DNA of 40,641 nucleotides from Pseudomonadota bacterium (GTDB taxonomy: Bacteria > Desulfobacterota > Desulfobacteria > Desulfobacterales > JBDRRP01). The DNA is taken from the NCBI GenBank assembly GCA_043825735.1, contig JBDRRP010000072.1, positions 1 through 40,641 on the forward strand. The letters are read 5' to 3'. The first letter of the stretch is position 1, and every line of letters starts with the position of its first letter. This document shows, in pieces, positions 20,073 to 28,518 of this stretch. The notes beneath the pieces were generated by a model, which was given only the letters and a program-made list of their open reading frames with translations, was not told the origin of the DNA and did not search any database. A program made the position numbers and the translations under genes.

Positions 20073-20088
20073 TCTTCCACCGGTTTTT

Positions 20089-21234
20089 CTAATACGCGCT
20101 GTGCGTGTTCTCCTCGATATGGGCTTCGGTGACCTTGCCGCGCATGATCCGGTAGGCCCAGGTGGTGTAGACCAGCACCAGGGGTAAAAACACCACCACC
20201 ACCGCGAACATGAGATTCAGGGTGCGGTGGCTGGAGACCGCATCGAAGACGGTCAGGCTGTGGCCCGGATGCGTGCTGGACGGCATAATGAAGGGGAACA
20301 TGGCAAAGCCGGCGGTGAGGATCACGCCGGCCAGGGCCGTCCCGTTGCAGATCAAAGCCAGGCCGGGTCGGTCGATGCGGCTCAATGCGATGGCCAGAAT
20401 GCCGCAGAGAAAGACCGCCGCTGGGGCCGCCATCATGAGCGGGTACCGGGAGAAATTGTCCAGCCAGGCGCCTTTAGTCGTCTCGACGGTTTTCATTAGC
20501 GGGGTCAGCACCCCGCCGGCATCGGGCATGGAGACGATCCGGTAGCCATCGATGCCAACCGCCTGCCACACGCCGGCCAGGGCAAAGGCCGCCAGGAAGA
20601 CGGCGCCGAAAAGTGTGGCGGCGGTTTTGGCCCGCAAACAGAGCGTGCCTTCTGTTCGCATCTGCAGATAGATGGCGCCGTGGGTGATGAGCATGGTCAG
20701 ACTCACCACGCCCACCAGCAGGCCGTAAGGATTGAGCAGTCCCCAGAAGCTGCCCGTATAATAGGCGCGCATGAGATCGTCATAATGGAAGGGTACCCCC
20801 TGGAGGAGATTGCCGAAAGCCACCCCGAATACCAGTGCGGGGACGGTGCCGCCTGCAAAAAGTCCCCAGTCCCATGCGTTGCGCCAGCGAGGGTCGGCAA
20901 TTTTGCTGCGATAGTCGAAACCCACCGGCCGAAAGAACAAGGCAAAGAGCACCAGCAGCAGGGCCCAGTAAAACCCGGAAAAGGCCGTGGCATAGACCAT
21001 GGGCCAGGCAGCGAAAATGGCCCCGCCGGCGGTGATGAACCAGACCTGGTTGCCTTCCCAGGTGGGGCCGATGGTGTTGATGAGCACCCGCCGCTCGTTG
21101 TCGTTTCTCCCCAGGAAGGGCAGCAGCGCACCCACCCCCAGGTCGAAGCCGCCCAGCAGGGCGAAGCCGATGAGCAGCGCGCCGACCAGCAGCCACCAGA
21201 TGACTTTCAGTGTGACATAATCAAAGAGTATCAT
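20089..21234 (-). CDS. cydB: Cytochrome bd ubiquinol oxidase subunit II
   Basis: GFDLGVG, IGPTWEGNQVWFITAGGAIFAAWP, FRPVGFDYRSK. Confidence 0.97.
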   Translation of the reverse strand: MILFDYVTLKVIWWLLVGALLIGFALLGGFDLGVGALLPFLGRNDNERRVLINTIGPTWEGNQVWFITAGGAIFAAWPMVYATAFSGFYWALLLVLFALFFRPVGFDYRSKIADPRWRNAWDWGLFAGGTVPALVFGVAFGNLLQGVPFHYDDLMRAYYTGSFWGLLNPYGLLVGVVSLTMLITHGAIYLQMRTEGTLCLRAKTAATLFGAVFLAAFALAGVWQAVGIDGYRIVSMPDAGGVLTPLMKTVETTKGAWLDNFSRYPLMMAAPAAVFLCGILAIALSRIDRPGLALICNGTALAGVILTAGFAMFPFIMPSSTHPGHSLTVFDAVSSHRTLNLMFAVVVVFLPLVLVYTTWAYRIMRGKVTEAHIEENTHSAY

Positions 21235-22814
21235 GATGCCTCCTCTCCCAGACGGGCTGCGGTGGGCTGTTCAAAATGATAGCGCCCGGTGTGCAGGCTG
21301 CTGGGTCCCATCTTGATGAAGCGGATCATCAGGAACGCTTCTACGATAAGGAAGATGGTGTAGAGCAGCACCAGGGCGATGAGGCTGCCGATGACGCTTG
21401 CCGGCGTGAGCGAGGACACGGACAGCGCCGTGGGCAGCACTTCACCGATGCTCCAGGGCTGGCGCCCGTACTCGGCCACGATCCATCCCATGAAACAGGC
21501 GAGCCACGGGGCCGGAAGACTGGCGATGATCACCTTCAGCAGCCAGTTTTTTTTGTCAAAGGCACGCGTGGCGCAAAAGTAGAAACTCACGGCGATTACC
21601 GCCAGCATCCAGAACCCGAGCGCCACCATGATCCGGAAGGTCCAGAACATCACGAACACGTTGGGGATGGTGGACCGGGCCGCTTGCTGGATCTGCGCGT
21701 CGGTGGCATCGAGCACACCCGGCGCGTATTGCTGCAACAGCAGGCCGTAGCCCAGGTGGTCCCGGTGCTCCTCGAACCGGCGGAGGGTTTCGTCGGTCTT
21801 CCGGCCGGCCCGGATCTCGTTGAGCGCCGCGAAGGCGATCATGCCGCTGCGGATGCGGACTTCACTTTCCGCGATAAGGTCCTTGACGCCGATGATGGGC
21901 GTGTCGATGGTGCGGGTGACGATGAGCCCGCCCACCCAGGGCAACTTGATGGCGGCGTCGGTTTCCTGCTTTTCCTGGCGCGGGATGCCCACCAGGGTGA
22001 AGCTGGCCGGTGGCGGTTCGGTCTCCCACTCGGCCTCCATGGCCGCCAGTTTGATTTTCTGTACTTGGCCGGTCACGTATCCGCTTTCATCGCCCAGGAC
22101 GATGACCGAGAGGATGGAGGCCAGTCCGAAGCCGGCGGCCACGGCAAAGGATCTCCGGGCAAAGGCCAGGTCCCGGCCTTTGAGCAGGTACCAGGCGCTC
22201 ACCGCCAGAACGAACATGCTGGCGGTGACGTAGCCCGCGCCAACCGTGTGCACGAATTTGACCTGGGCCACCGGGTTGAAAAACAGCTCCGAAAAACGGG
22301 TGAGTTCCATGCGCATGGTTTCCGGATTGAAAACCGCGCCCACAGGGTTTTGCATCCAGGCATTGGCCACGAGGATCCACAGGGCCGACAGGTTGGAGCC
22401 CAGCGCCACAAAAAATGTCGCCAGCAGGTGACCCCGACGGCTCATCCGGTCCCATCCGAAAAAGAACAAGCCCACGAAGGTGGACTCCAGAAAAAAGGCC
22501 ATCAGCCCTTCGATGGCCAGGGGGGCGCCGAAGATGTCGCCCACATAGTGGGAGTAATAGGACCAGTTGGTGCCGAACTGGAACTCCATGGTAAGGCCGG
22601 TGGTCACCCCCAGGGCAAAGTTGATACCAAAGAGCTTGCCCCAGAACCGGGTCATGTCCTTATAGATCTCCTTTCTCGTCATGACATAAACCGATTCCAT
22701 GATGAAAAGAATCCATGACAGACCCAGGGTTAGGGGGACAAAAATGAAATGATACAGTGATGTCAAGGCGAATTGCCACCGGGACAATTCAACGAGCTCA
22801 GGGGAGGGGATCAT
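21231..22814 (-). CDS. cydA: Cytochrome bd ubiquinol oxidase subunit I (long Q-loop)
   Basis: LSRWQFALTSLYHFIFVPLTLG, MEFQFGTNW, KLAAMEAEW, EYGRQPW; AAGGAG RBS before ATG 22814; ATGA overlap with cydB. Confidence 0.97.
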   Translation of the reverse strand: MIPSPELVELSRWQFALTSLYHFIFVPLTLGLSWILFIMESVYVMTRKEIYKDMTRFWGKLFGINFALGVTTGLTMEFQFGTNWSYYSHYVGDIFGAPLAIEGLMAFFLESTFVGLFFFGWDRMSRRGHLLATFFVALGSNLSALWILVANAWMQNPVGAVFNPETMRMELTRFSELFFNPVAQVKFVHTVGAGYVTASMFVLAVSAWYLLKGRDLAFARRSFAVAAGFGLASILSVIVLGDESGYVTGQVQKIKLAAMEAEWETEPPPASFTLVGIPRQEKQETDAAIKLPWVGGLIVTRTIDTPIIGVKDLIAESEVRIRSGMIAFAALNEIRAGRKTDETLRRFEEHRDHLGYGLLLQQYAPGVLDATDAQIQQAARSTIPNVFVMFWTFRIMVALGFWMLAVIAVSFYFCATRAFDKKNWLLKVIIASLPAPWLACFMGWIVAEYGRQPWSIGEVLPTALSVSSLTPASVIGSLIALVLLYTIFLIVEAFLMIRFIKMGPSSLHTGRYHFEQPTAARLGEEAS

Positions 22815-23030
22815 AACCGAACTCCTTGTGGTTGCGGTGCCGGGGGAACCCTTCGGTGCGGACAGGCTCCCGCCTTGCGGTTTGCGGTTGCGCACCGGCG
22901 GCCGGGGCCGTTATAGTGCACACTGCCTTATATGGTAGCATCTTGCCGGGATGTCAATTGGGATTAACGGAGGACAGGATATGCAGGATAACCATCAGAT
23001 CGGCGTGTCGTTCGAAAACATAAGAAATGG

Positions 23031-23183
23031 CTCTCGCAAAGACGCAAAGCCCGCAGAGAACGGATTAGATTGGCATCGGCAGCCAAGCGTCGCTGATGCG
23101 ATAATTAAGACCGGAATCACCCGAACGGTCAACAGGCACTCTGATTAGAATGTTTCTTGGCGATCTTGGCGGCTTGGCGAGAG
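23031..23183. repeat. 9-bp periodic inverted-arm element (CGCAAAG/CGCCAAG family)
   Basis: ctctcgcaaagacgcaaagcccgcagag, ~97-nt spacer, cttggcgatcttggcggcttggcgagag. Confidence 0.8.
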
Positions 23184-23190
23184 ATAAATT

Positions 23191-23326
23191 TTGACAAACT
23201 CGTAAAAAGTCTGAAATCACCACAGAGTACGCAGCGAGCGCAGAGATAACTTATTAATTATTCATAATATTCTCTGCGGCCCGCTGCGGTCTCTGTGGTT
23301 CAAAATCACTTTTTACGAATGCATCA
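23191..23326. mobile_element. Complete MITE-like element: TIRs enclosing CACAGAG/CGCAGAG periodic arms
   Basis: TIRs ttgacaaactcgtaaaaagt / actttttacgaatgcatca; inner 3+3 heptamer arms around an AT-rich spacer. Confidence 0.8.
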
Positions 23327-23377
23327 GTTTTGATGCACACGATAATAGTTTCCTCTCAGGGGTAAAGGACGCGCTTT

Positions 23378-25162
23378 TTGCCGGTGGAAACCAATGATAA
23401 ATCCACAGAGTCCCGGGCCATTGGCTGGCTTTTGGGCCGGGCGCGGGCCGTGGTGCCCTGGATCGGGCTGAGTGTTGCCGCCGGGCTTTCCGGAGGGCTG
23501 CTGCTCGTGGTCCAGGCCGCTGTACTCTCGCAGCTGGTGGCGGCTGTCTTCATGGATGGGCGCCGCCTGCCGGAGATGGCGATCCCTCTGGCCGTTTTCC
23601 TGGGCATCACGGGGCTGCGGGCACTCATGGCCTGGGCCCGTGAAGTGAGCGGTTTTCAGGCAGGCGCCGTTGTTCGGGAATCGGTGCGCCGTGATCTGCT
23701 GCAGCACCTGGCCGATCTGGGGCCGGACTTTACCGCGCGCACGCCGGCCGGCGCACTGGCCAGCGCCGCCGTGGAACAGGTGGAAGCGCTCCAGCCGTTT
23801 TTTGCCCGGTACCTGCCGCAGCTGGCCCTGGCGGCCCTGATTCCCGGAGCCATTCTGGCGTTCGTGTTCCCGGTGAGTTGGGCCGCCGGCGGTCTGTTTC
23901 TGCTCACCGCCCCCCTGATTCCCCTTTTCATGGTGTTGGTGGGCATGGGGGCCGAGACCATCAGTCAGAGGCATTTCCAGGCCCTGGCCCGCATGAGCGG
24001 GCATTTTCTGGACCTGCTGCGGGGGATGACGACCCTCAAACTGTTCGGCCGCAGCCGATCGGCGGAAGGCAGCGTCCGGCAGGTGGCACGCGACTACCGG
24101 GTCCGCACCATGGCGGTGCTCCGGATCGCATTTTTATCGTCGGCGGTGCTCGAATTCTTTACGTCCATGGCCATCGCTCTTGTGGCCGTGTACCTGGGCA
24201 TGTCCTATCTGGGGTACCTCGACTTCGGCACTTACGGTGAGCGTCTCAGCTTTGCGCACGGGTTTTTTATTCTTCTTCTGGCGCCGGAATTCTTTCTGCC
24301 TCTGCGGGAGCTGGGGCAGCACTATCATGCCCGGGCTGATGCGGCCGGCGCCGCAGAGGAACTGATGCGGGTGCTGGCTATAGAAAGAACCTCTTTCGCA
24401 ATCGCCCCAACCGCGCTGCCTTTTCCCGCTGCACCGCACATCCGGTTCGAGTCGGTGGATCTTTCATATGGCAGTGCCCGCAAGCGCGCGCTGTCGGCAG
24501 TGACCCTGGACATCCCCTTTGGGCAGCACACGGCCGTCGTGGGAGAAAGCGGGGCGGGCAAGACCTCGCTCATCAATTTGCTGCTGGGGTTTGTAGCGCC
24601 TGAAAGGGGGCGGATTCTTGTGGGGGGGGCGCCGCTGCCATTGATTGATCTGACCGCATGGCGGCGCCAGTTGGCCTGGATCGGGCAGCACCCCGTCGTT
24701 TTTTACGGCACCATTGCCGACAACATCCGGCTGGGCCGGCCGGAAGCGGCGCCCGGTGAGATCGCCGCCGCGGCCGAGCGCGCCGGTGTCTTGTCTTTTA
24801 TCCGGACGCTGCCCCACGGGCTCGATACCCGGATCGGCGAGCAGGGGGCCGGACTTTCCAGAGGACAGGCCCAGCGCGTGGCGCTGGCACGGGTCTTTCT
24901 CCGGGATGCCCCCATTGTGCTGCTGGACGAGCCCCTGGCCAGTCTGGACATGGACACCGAACGACAGGTTTCAAAGGCCATTTCGGATTTTTCGCGGGGG
25001 CGCACCCTGGTGATGCTGACCCACCGGCTGGACACCATTCAACGGGTCGATCAGGTGGTGGTGATGGATGCCGGGCGCGTGGCGTTCCAGGGCACACCGG
25101 CGGAATATCGGCGGCGCCGCCTACAGGAGTGCCATCGACCGTTATCCGGGGAGGTGCCATGA
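23378..25162 (+). CDS. cydD: Thiol/heme ABC exporter subunit CydD (start codon uncertain)
   Basis: FFARYLPQ, APLIPLFMVLVG, RTMAVLRIAFLSSAVLEFF, LLAPEFFLPLRELG; Walker A GESGAGKT. Confidence 0.95.
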   Translation: MPVETNDKSTESRAIGWLLGRARAVVPWIGLSVAAGLSGGLLLVVQAAVLSQLVAAVFMDGRRLPEMAIPLAVFLGITGLRALMAWAREVSGFQAGAVVRESVRRDLLQHLADLGPDFTARTPAGALASAAVEQVEALQPFFARYLPQLALAALIPGAILAFVFPVSWAAGGLFLLTAPLIPLFMVLVGMGAETISQRHFQALARMSGHFLDLLRGMTTLKLFGRSRSAEGSVRQVARDYRVRTMAVLRIAFLSSAVLEFFTSMAIALVAVYLGMSYLGYLDFGTYGERLSFAHGFFILLLAPEFFLPLRELGQHYHARADAAGAAEELMRVLAIERTSFAIAPTALPFPAAPHIRFESVDLSYGSARKRALSAVTLDIPFGQHTAVVGESGAGKTSLINLLLGFVAPERGRILVGGAPLPLIDLTAWRRQLAWIGQHPVVFYGTIADNIRLGRPEAAPGEIAAAAERAGVLSFIRTLPHGLDTRIGEQGAGLSRGQAQRVALARVFLRDAPIVLLDEPLASLDMDTERQVSKAISDFSRGRTLVMLTHRLDTIQRVDQVVVMDAGRVAFQGTPAEYRRRRLQECHRPLSGEVP

Positions 25163-26904
25163 GACGCGATCTTGCATCGCTGAGCCCCTTTCTATCGTTG
25201 CTGCGGCCCCACTGGCCGTGGATGGCTCTGGGCATGGTGCTGGGCACGGTCGCCGCACTTTCCGGTATCGGTCTTCTGGCCCTGTCCGGCTGGTTCATTT
25301 CAGCGGCGGCGTTTGCCGGACTGAGCCCTGTGGCGGCCAAACTGTTCAACTTTTTTTTGCCCAGTATCGGGGTGCGCCTGTTTGCGATGACCCGCACCGC
25401 TGCCAGGTATGGCGAGCGTGTCGTTACCCATGATACCACATTTCGTATTCTCGAAAGCCTTCGCCTCTGGTGCTATCGGCGCATTGAACCGCTGGCACCC
25501 GCCGGACTGCTGCGCCACCGCAGCGGGGATCTGCTCAACCGGTTGGTGGCCGATATTGACGCACTGGACAATCTTTATGCCAGGGTGCTGGCCCCGACAG
25601 TGATCGCCGCGGCGTCATCTGCAGCGGTGGTGGTGATGGTCGGCGTCTTCACCCGTCCCGGGGCACTGTGGGTGCTGGCCGCACTTTTTTTAGCCGGTGT
25701 GGGGGTGCCGGTGTGGGCCGGTCTGCGGGGTTTTGCGGTGGGCCGGCGCATTGCCGTGGAGACCGCCACGGTGCGGCGCCGCGTGGTGGACGGCATTCAC
25801 GGGCTGCCCGAACTGCTTGTCTTTGGCGGCTACGGCCGGTATGCCGCCGAATGCATGGACGGACACCGCCGCCTGGTTCGCGAGCAGCGCCGCATGCATC
25901 ATATCGGCGGCGTCTCGTCAGCGCTGTCGGTCTTCATCAACGGCCTTGCCGTAAGCGGGGTCTTTGTGGCCGGGGCTGTGGGGGTCGCGGATCGGCAGTG
26001 GGGCGGCGAAATGCTGGCACTGATGACCCTGGCCGTCATGGCGGCCTTTGAGTCCATTGCACCCCTTTCTGCGGCGTTCCAATACCTGGGGCAGACCCGG
26101 GAGGCGGCCCGTCGACTGACGGATCTGGTGGATGCGCCGCCGGCCGTGGTGTTTCCCGAGGATGTCCCGGCCGGACCGACGGACGGCGGGATAGCGATCA
26201 CCGGACTTTGCTTCCACTATGACCGGAAGGGGCCTCCGGCCTTGGACGGCATCGATCTGGCCATCGCCTCCGGTCAGCGGCTGGCCGTGGTCGGTGAGAC
26301 CGGGTCCGGGAAGACGACCCTCTTTCACCTGCTGGTGCGCTTCTGGGATCCGACTCACGGGCAGATTCGGATCGGCGGCCGGCTGTTGTCCGAATTTTCA
26401 GAGGATGCGCTGCGCCGGCAGATCTGCGTGGTAAGCCAGGAGTCGCACCTGTTTACCGCCTCCATCCGGGACAACCTGACGATGGCGCGGCCCGGGGCCT
26501 CGGACGGCGATCTGTGGCGTGCCCTTGCCGTGGCACAGCTGGAAGGTTTTGTGAGATCGCTGCCTGACGGGCTGGACACCTGGGTGGGGGTTGCCGGCCG
26601 GCTGCTTTCCGGTGGCCAGGCGCGCCGGGTGGCCGTCGCCCGGGGAGTGCTCAGAGATGCGCCCATCTGGCTGCTGGACGAGCCCACCGAAGGGCTTGAC
26701 GATGAGACCGAGCGCCGGCTGGTGGAAGACGTGCTCATTGCCGCGGCCGGCAAGACGCTGGTCATGATTACCCATCGTGCAGCGGGGCTGTCCGCCATGG
26801 ACCGGATCGTGGTGCTGGCACGCGGCCGGATCGTTGAATCCGGATCGCACACGTCTCTGCTCACGGCCGGAGGGCGCTACGCGGCGTTGTTTTCACTTCG
26901 ATAA
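25159..26904 (+). CDS. cydC: Thiol/heme ABC exporter subunit CydC
   Basis: GLLALSGWFI, RTAARYGERVVTHDTTF, SGDLLNRLVADIDALDNLY; Walker A GETGSGKT; ATGA overlap with cydD. Confidence 0.95.
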   Translation: MRRDLASLSPFLSLLRPHWPWMALGMVLGTVAALSGIGLLALSGWFISAAAFAGLSPVAAKLFNFFLPSIGVRLFAMTRTAARYGERVVTHDTTFRILESLRLWCYRRIEPLAPAGLLRHRSGDLLNRLVADIDALDNLYARVLAPTVIAAASSAAVVVMVGVFTRPGALWVLAALFLAGVGVPVWAGLRGFAVGRRIAVETATVRRRVVDGIHGLPELLVFGGYGRYAAECMDGHRRLVREQRRMHHIGGVSSALSVFINGLAVSGVFVAGAVGVADRQWGGEMLALMTLAVMAAFESIAPLSAAFQYLGQTREAARRLTDLVDAPPAVVFPEDVPAGPTDGGIAITGLCFHYDRKGPPALDGIDLAIASGQRLAVVGETGSGKTTLFHLLVRFWDPTHGQIRIGGRLLSEFSEDALRRQICVVSQESHLFTASIRDNLTMARPGASDGDLWRALAVAQLEGFVRSLPDGLDTWVGVAGRLLSGGQARRVAVARGVLRDAPIWLLDEPTEGLDDETERRLVEDVLIAAAGKTLVMITHRAAGLSAMDRIVVLARGRIVESGSHTSLLTAGGRYAALFSLR

Positions 26905-26932
26905 GTGTCTGTCCGTCCAGGATCTTCTCGGG

Positions 26933-26985
26933 ATCGAAATCGATGTTTTTCCAAGGTCGATACCGATACCGATACCGATTTCGAT
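26933..26985. repeat. 6-bp periodic inverted element (CGATAC family)
   Basis: atcgaaatcgat ... tcgataccgataccgataccgatttcgat. Confidence 0.7.
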
Positions 26986-27064
26986 GTGTACACGGCGTTG
27001 TTGAGCAAACGAATCGTATTTATGACATTGGCGATAACCATGAGATCCATCCCCGGTTTTTATT

Positions 27065-27081
27065 TTGGCCAAGGATCTGCT
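27065..27081 (+). promoter_or_regulatory. Putative sigma54 (-24/-12) promoter of glnA
   Basis: TTGGCCAAGGATCTGCT: GG(27067-68)-N10-GC(27079-80), about 85 nt upstream of glnA. Confidence 0.65.
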
Positions 27082-27165
27082 AAGGGTGCGGTTGCCATTT
27101 CCAATGCAACGGACACGATTCAATCCTGCCGGTCCAGACCGGCATCAACAAAAAGGAGTTAAAGC

Positions 27166-28494
27166 ATGTCCCGCGATGAGATCATGAAAATCGTAGAAAA
27201 ACAGAACGTGAATTTTTTCCGGCTGCAGTTTGTCGATATCTTCGGTTTCATGAAAAATATCGCCATCCCCCGCAGCCAGATCGAAAAAGCGCTGGATGGA
27301 CTGATGATGTTCGACGGCTCCTCCATTGAAGGGTTTGTCCGCATCAACGAGTCGGACATGTATCTGAAACCGGACTATGACACCTTTTCCGTGCTGCCGT
27401 GGCGGACCCAAAACGGCGTGAACGCGGCCCGCATCATCTGCGACGTCTATATGCCCGACGGCACGCCGTTCAAGGGCTGCCCGCGCGTCAATCTGAAACG
27501 GGTGCTGGCCGAAGCAAAAACGCTTGGCTATACCATGAACGTCGGCACCGAATGCGAGTTCTTCCTCTTCCAGGAGGATGAAAAGGGAAACCTGAAAACG
27601 GAAACCAACGATGTCGCCGGGTATTTCGATGTCGACCCTGAGGACACCGGCATCAACTGCCGGCGCGAGATTATCGAAACGCTCGAAGCCATGAACTTTG
27701 AAATCGAGGCCTCTCACCACGAGGTTGCAGAAGGCCAGCACGAGATCAACTTCAAGTATGCCGATGCGCTTGTTGCCGCCGACAACACCGTGACCTTCAA
27801 GTGGGTTGTCCGCTCGATCGCCGCCAAGCACGGATTCCACGCCACCTTTATGCCGAAACCGGTTTTTGGTATCAACGGCTCGGGCATGCATACCAACCAG
27901 TCGCTGTTCAACCTGGACGGAACCAACGCCTTCTTTGACGAAAAGGGTCCGCTCAAACTCAGCGAAACCGCGTATCACTACATCGCCGGTGTTCTCAAAA
28001 ACGCTCGCGGATTTGCGGCTGTCACCAATCCGCTGGTCAATTCCTACAAGCGCCTGGTTCCCGGCTACGAGGCTCCGGTCTACATTGCCTGGTCCGCCTC
28101 CAACCGTTCTGCTTTAGTCCGTATCCCGGCCTCGCGCGGTCTTGGAACGAGAGCCGAAGTGCGTTGCCCGGATCCGGCCTGCAATCCGTACTTGGCGTTT
28201 GCCATGATGCTCAACTCAGGTCTTGACGGTGTGAAAAGCAAACTGAAAGCGCCAAAATCGGTCGATGTGGATATTTTCGAGATGACCATGGCTGAAAAGG
28301 ACAGCGCCGGCATCGACAGTCTGCCCGGAAGCCTGGAAGAGGCCGTTGTCGCACTAAAGGAAAACCCGATTTCCCGGGAAACCCTGGGCGAGCACATTCT
28401 CGGAAAGTATATCGAAGGCAAAACCAAGGAGTGGGATTCGTATCGTACGGCCGTCACCGACTGGGAAATCAAAAACTACATCAAAAACTATTGA
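27166..28494 (+). CDS. glnA: Glutamine synthetase type I-alpha
   Basis: FDGSSIEGFVRINESDM, HHEVAEGQHEINF, ATFMPKP..GINGSGMH, NSYKRLVPGYEAP; 442 aa; AAGGAG RBS. Confidence 0.97.
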   Translation: MSRDEIMKIVEKQNVNFFRLQFVDIFGFMKNIAIPRSQIEKALDGLMMFDGSSIEGFVRINESDMYLKPDYDTFSVLPWRTQNGVNAARIICDVYMPDGTPFKGCPRVNLKRVLAEAKTLGYTMNVGTECEFFLFQEDEKGNLKTETNDVAGYFDVDPEDTGINCRREIIETLEAMNFEIEASHHEVAEGQHEINFKYADALVAADNTVTFKWVVRSIAAKHGFHATFMPKPVFGINGSGMHTNQSLFNLDGTNAFFDEKGPLKLSETAYHYIAGVLKNARGFAAVTNPLVNSYKRLVPGYEAPVYIAWSASNRSALVRIPASRGLGTRAEVRCPDPACNPYLAFAMMLNSGLDGVKSKLKAPKSVDVDIFEMTMAEKDSAGIDSLPGSLEEAVVALKENPISRETLGEHILGKYIEGKTKEWDSYRTAVTDWEIKNYIKNY

Positions 28495-28518
28495 CACGGT
28501 GCCCATCGAAGCTTGATT

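Noticed and set aside
22815..22960. Riboswitch or promoter in the GC-rich cydA leader
   Set aside because: Some pairing potential and a TTGACA on the minus strand, but no recognisable aptamer and poor -10 spacing
22973..23000. Degenerate CAGGAT 9-bp periodic arm
   Set aside because: Only two cores and no inverted partner; may be a decayed member but not supportable
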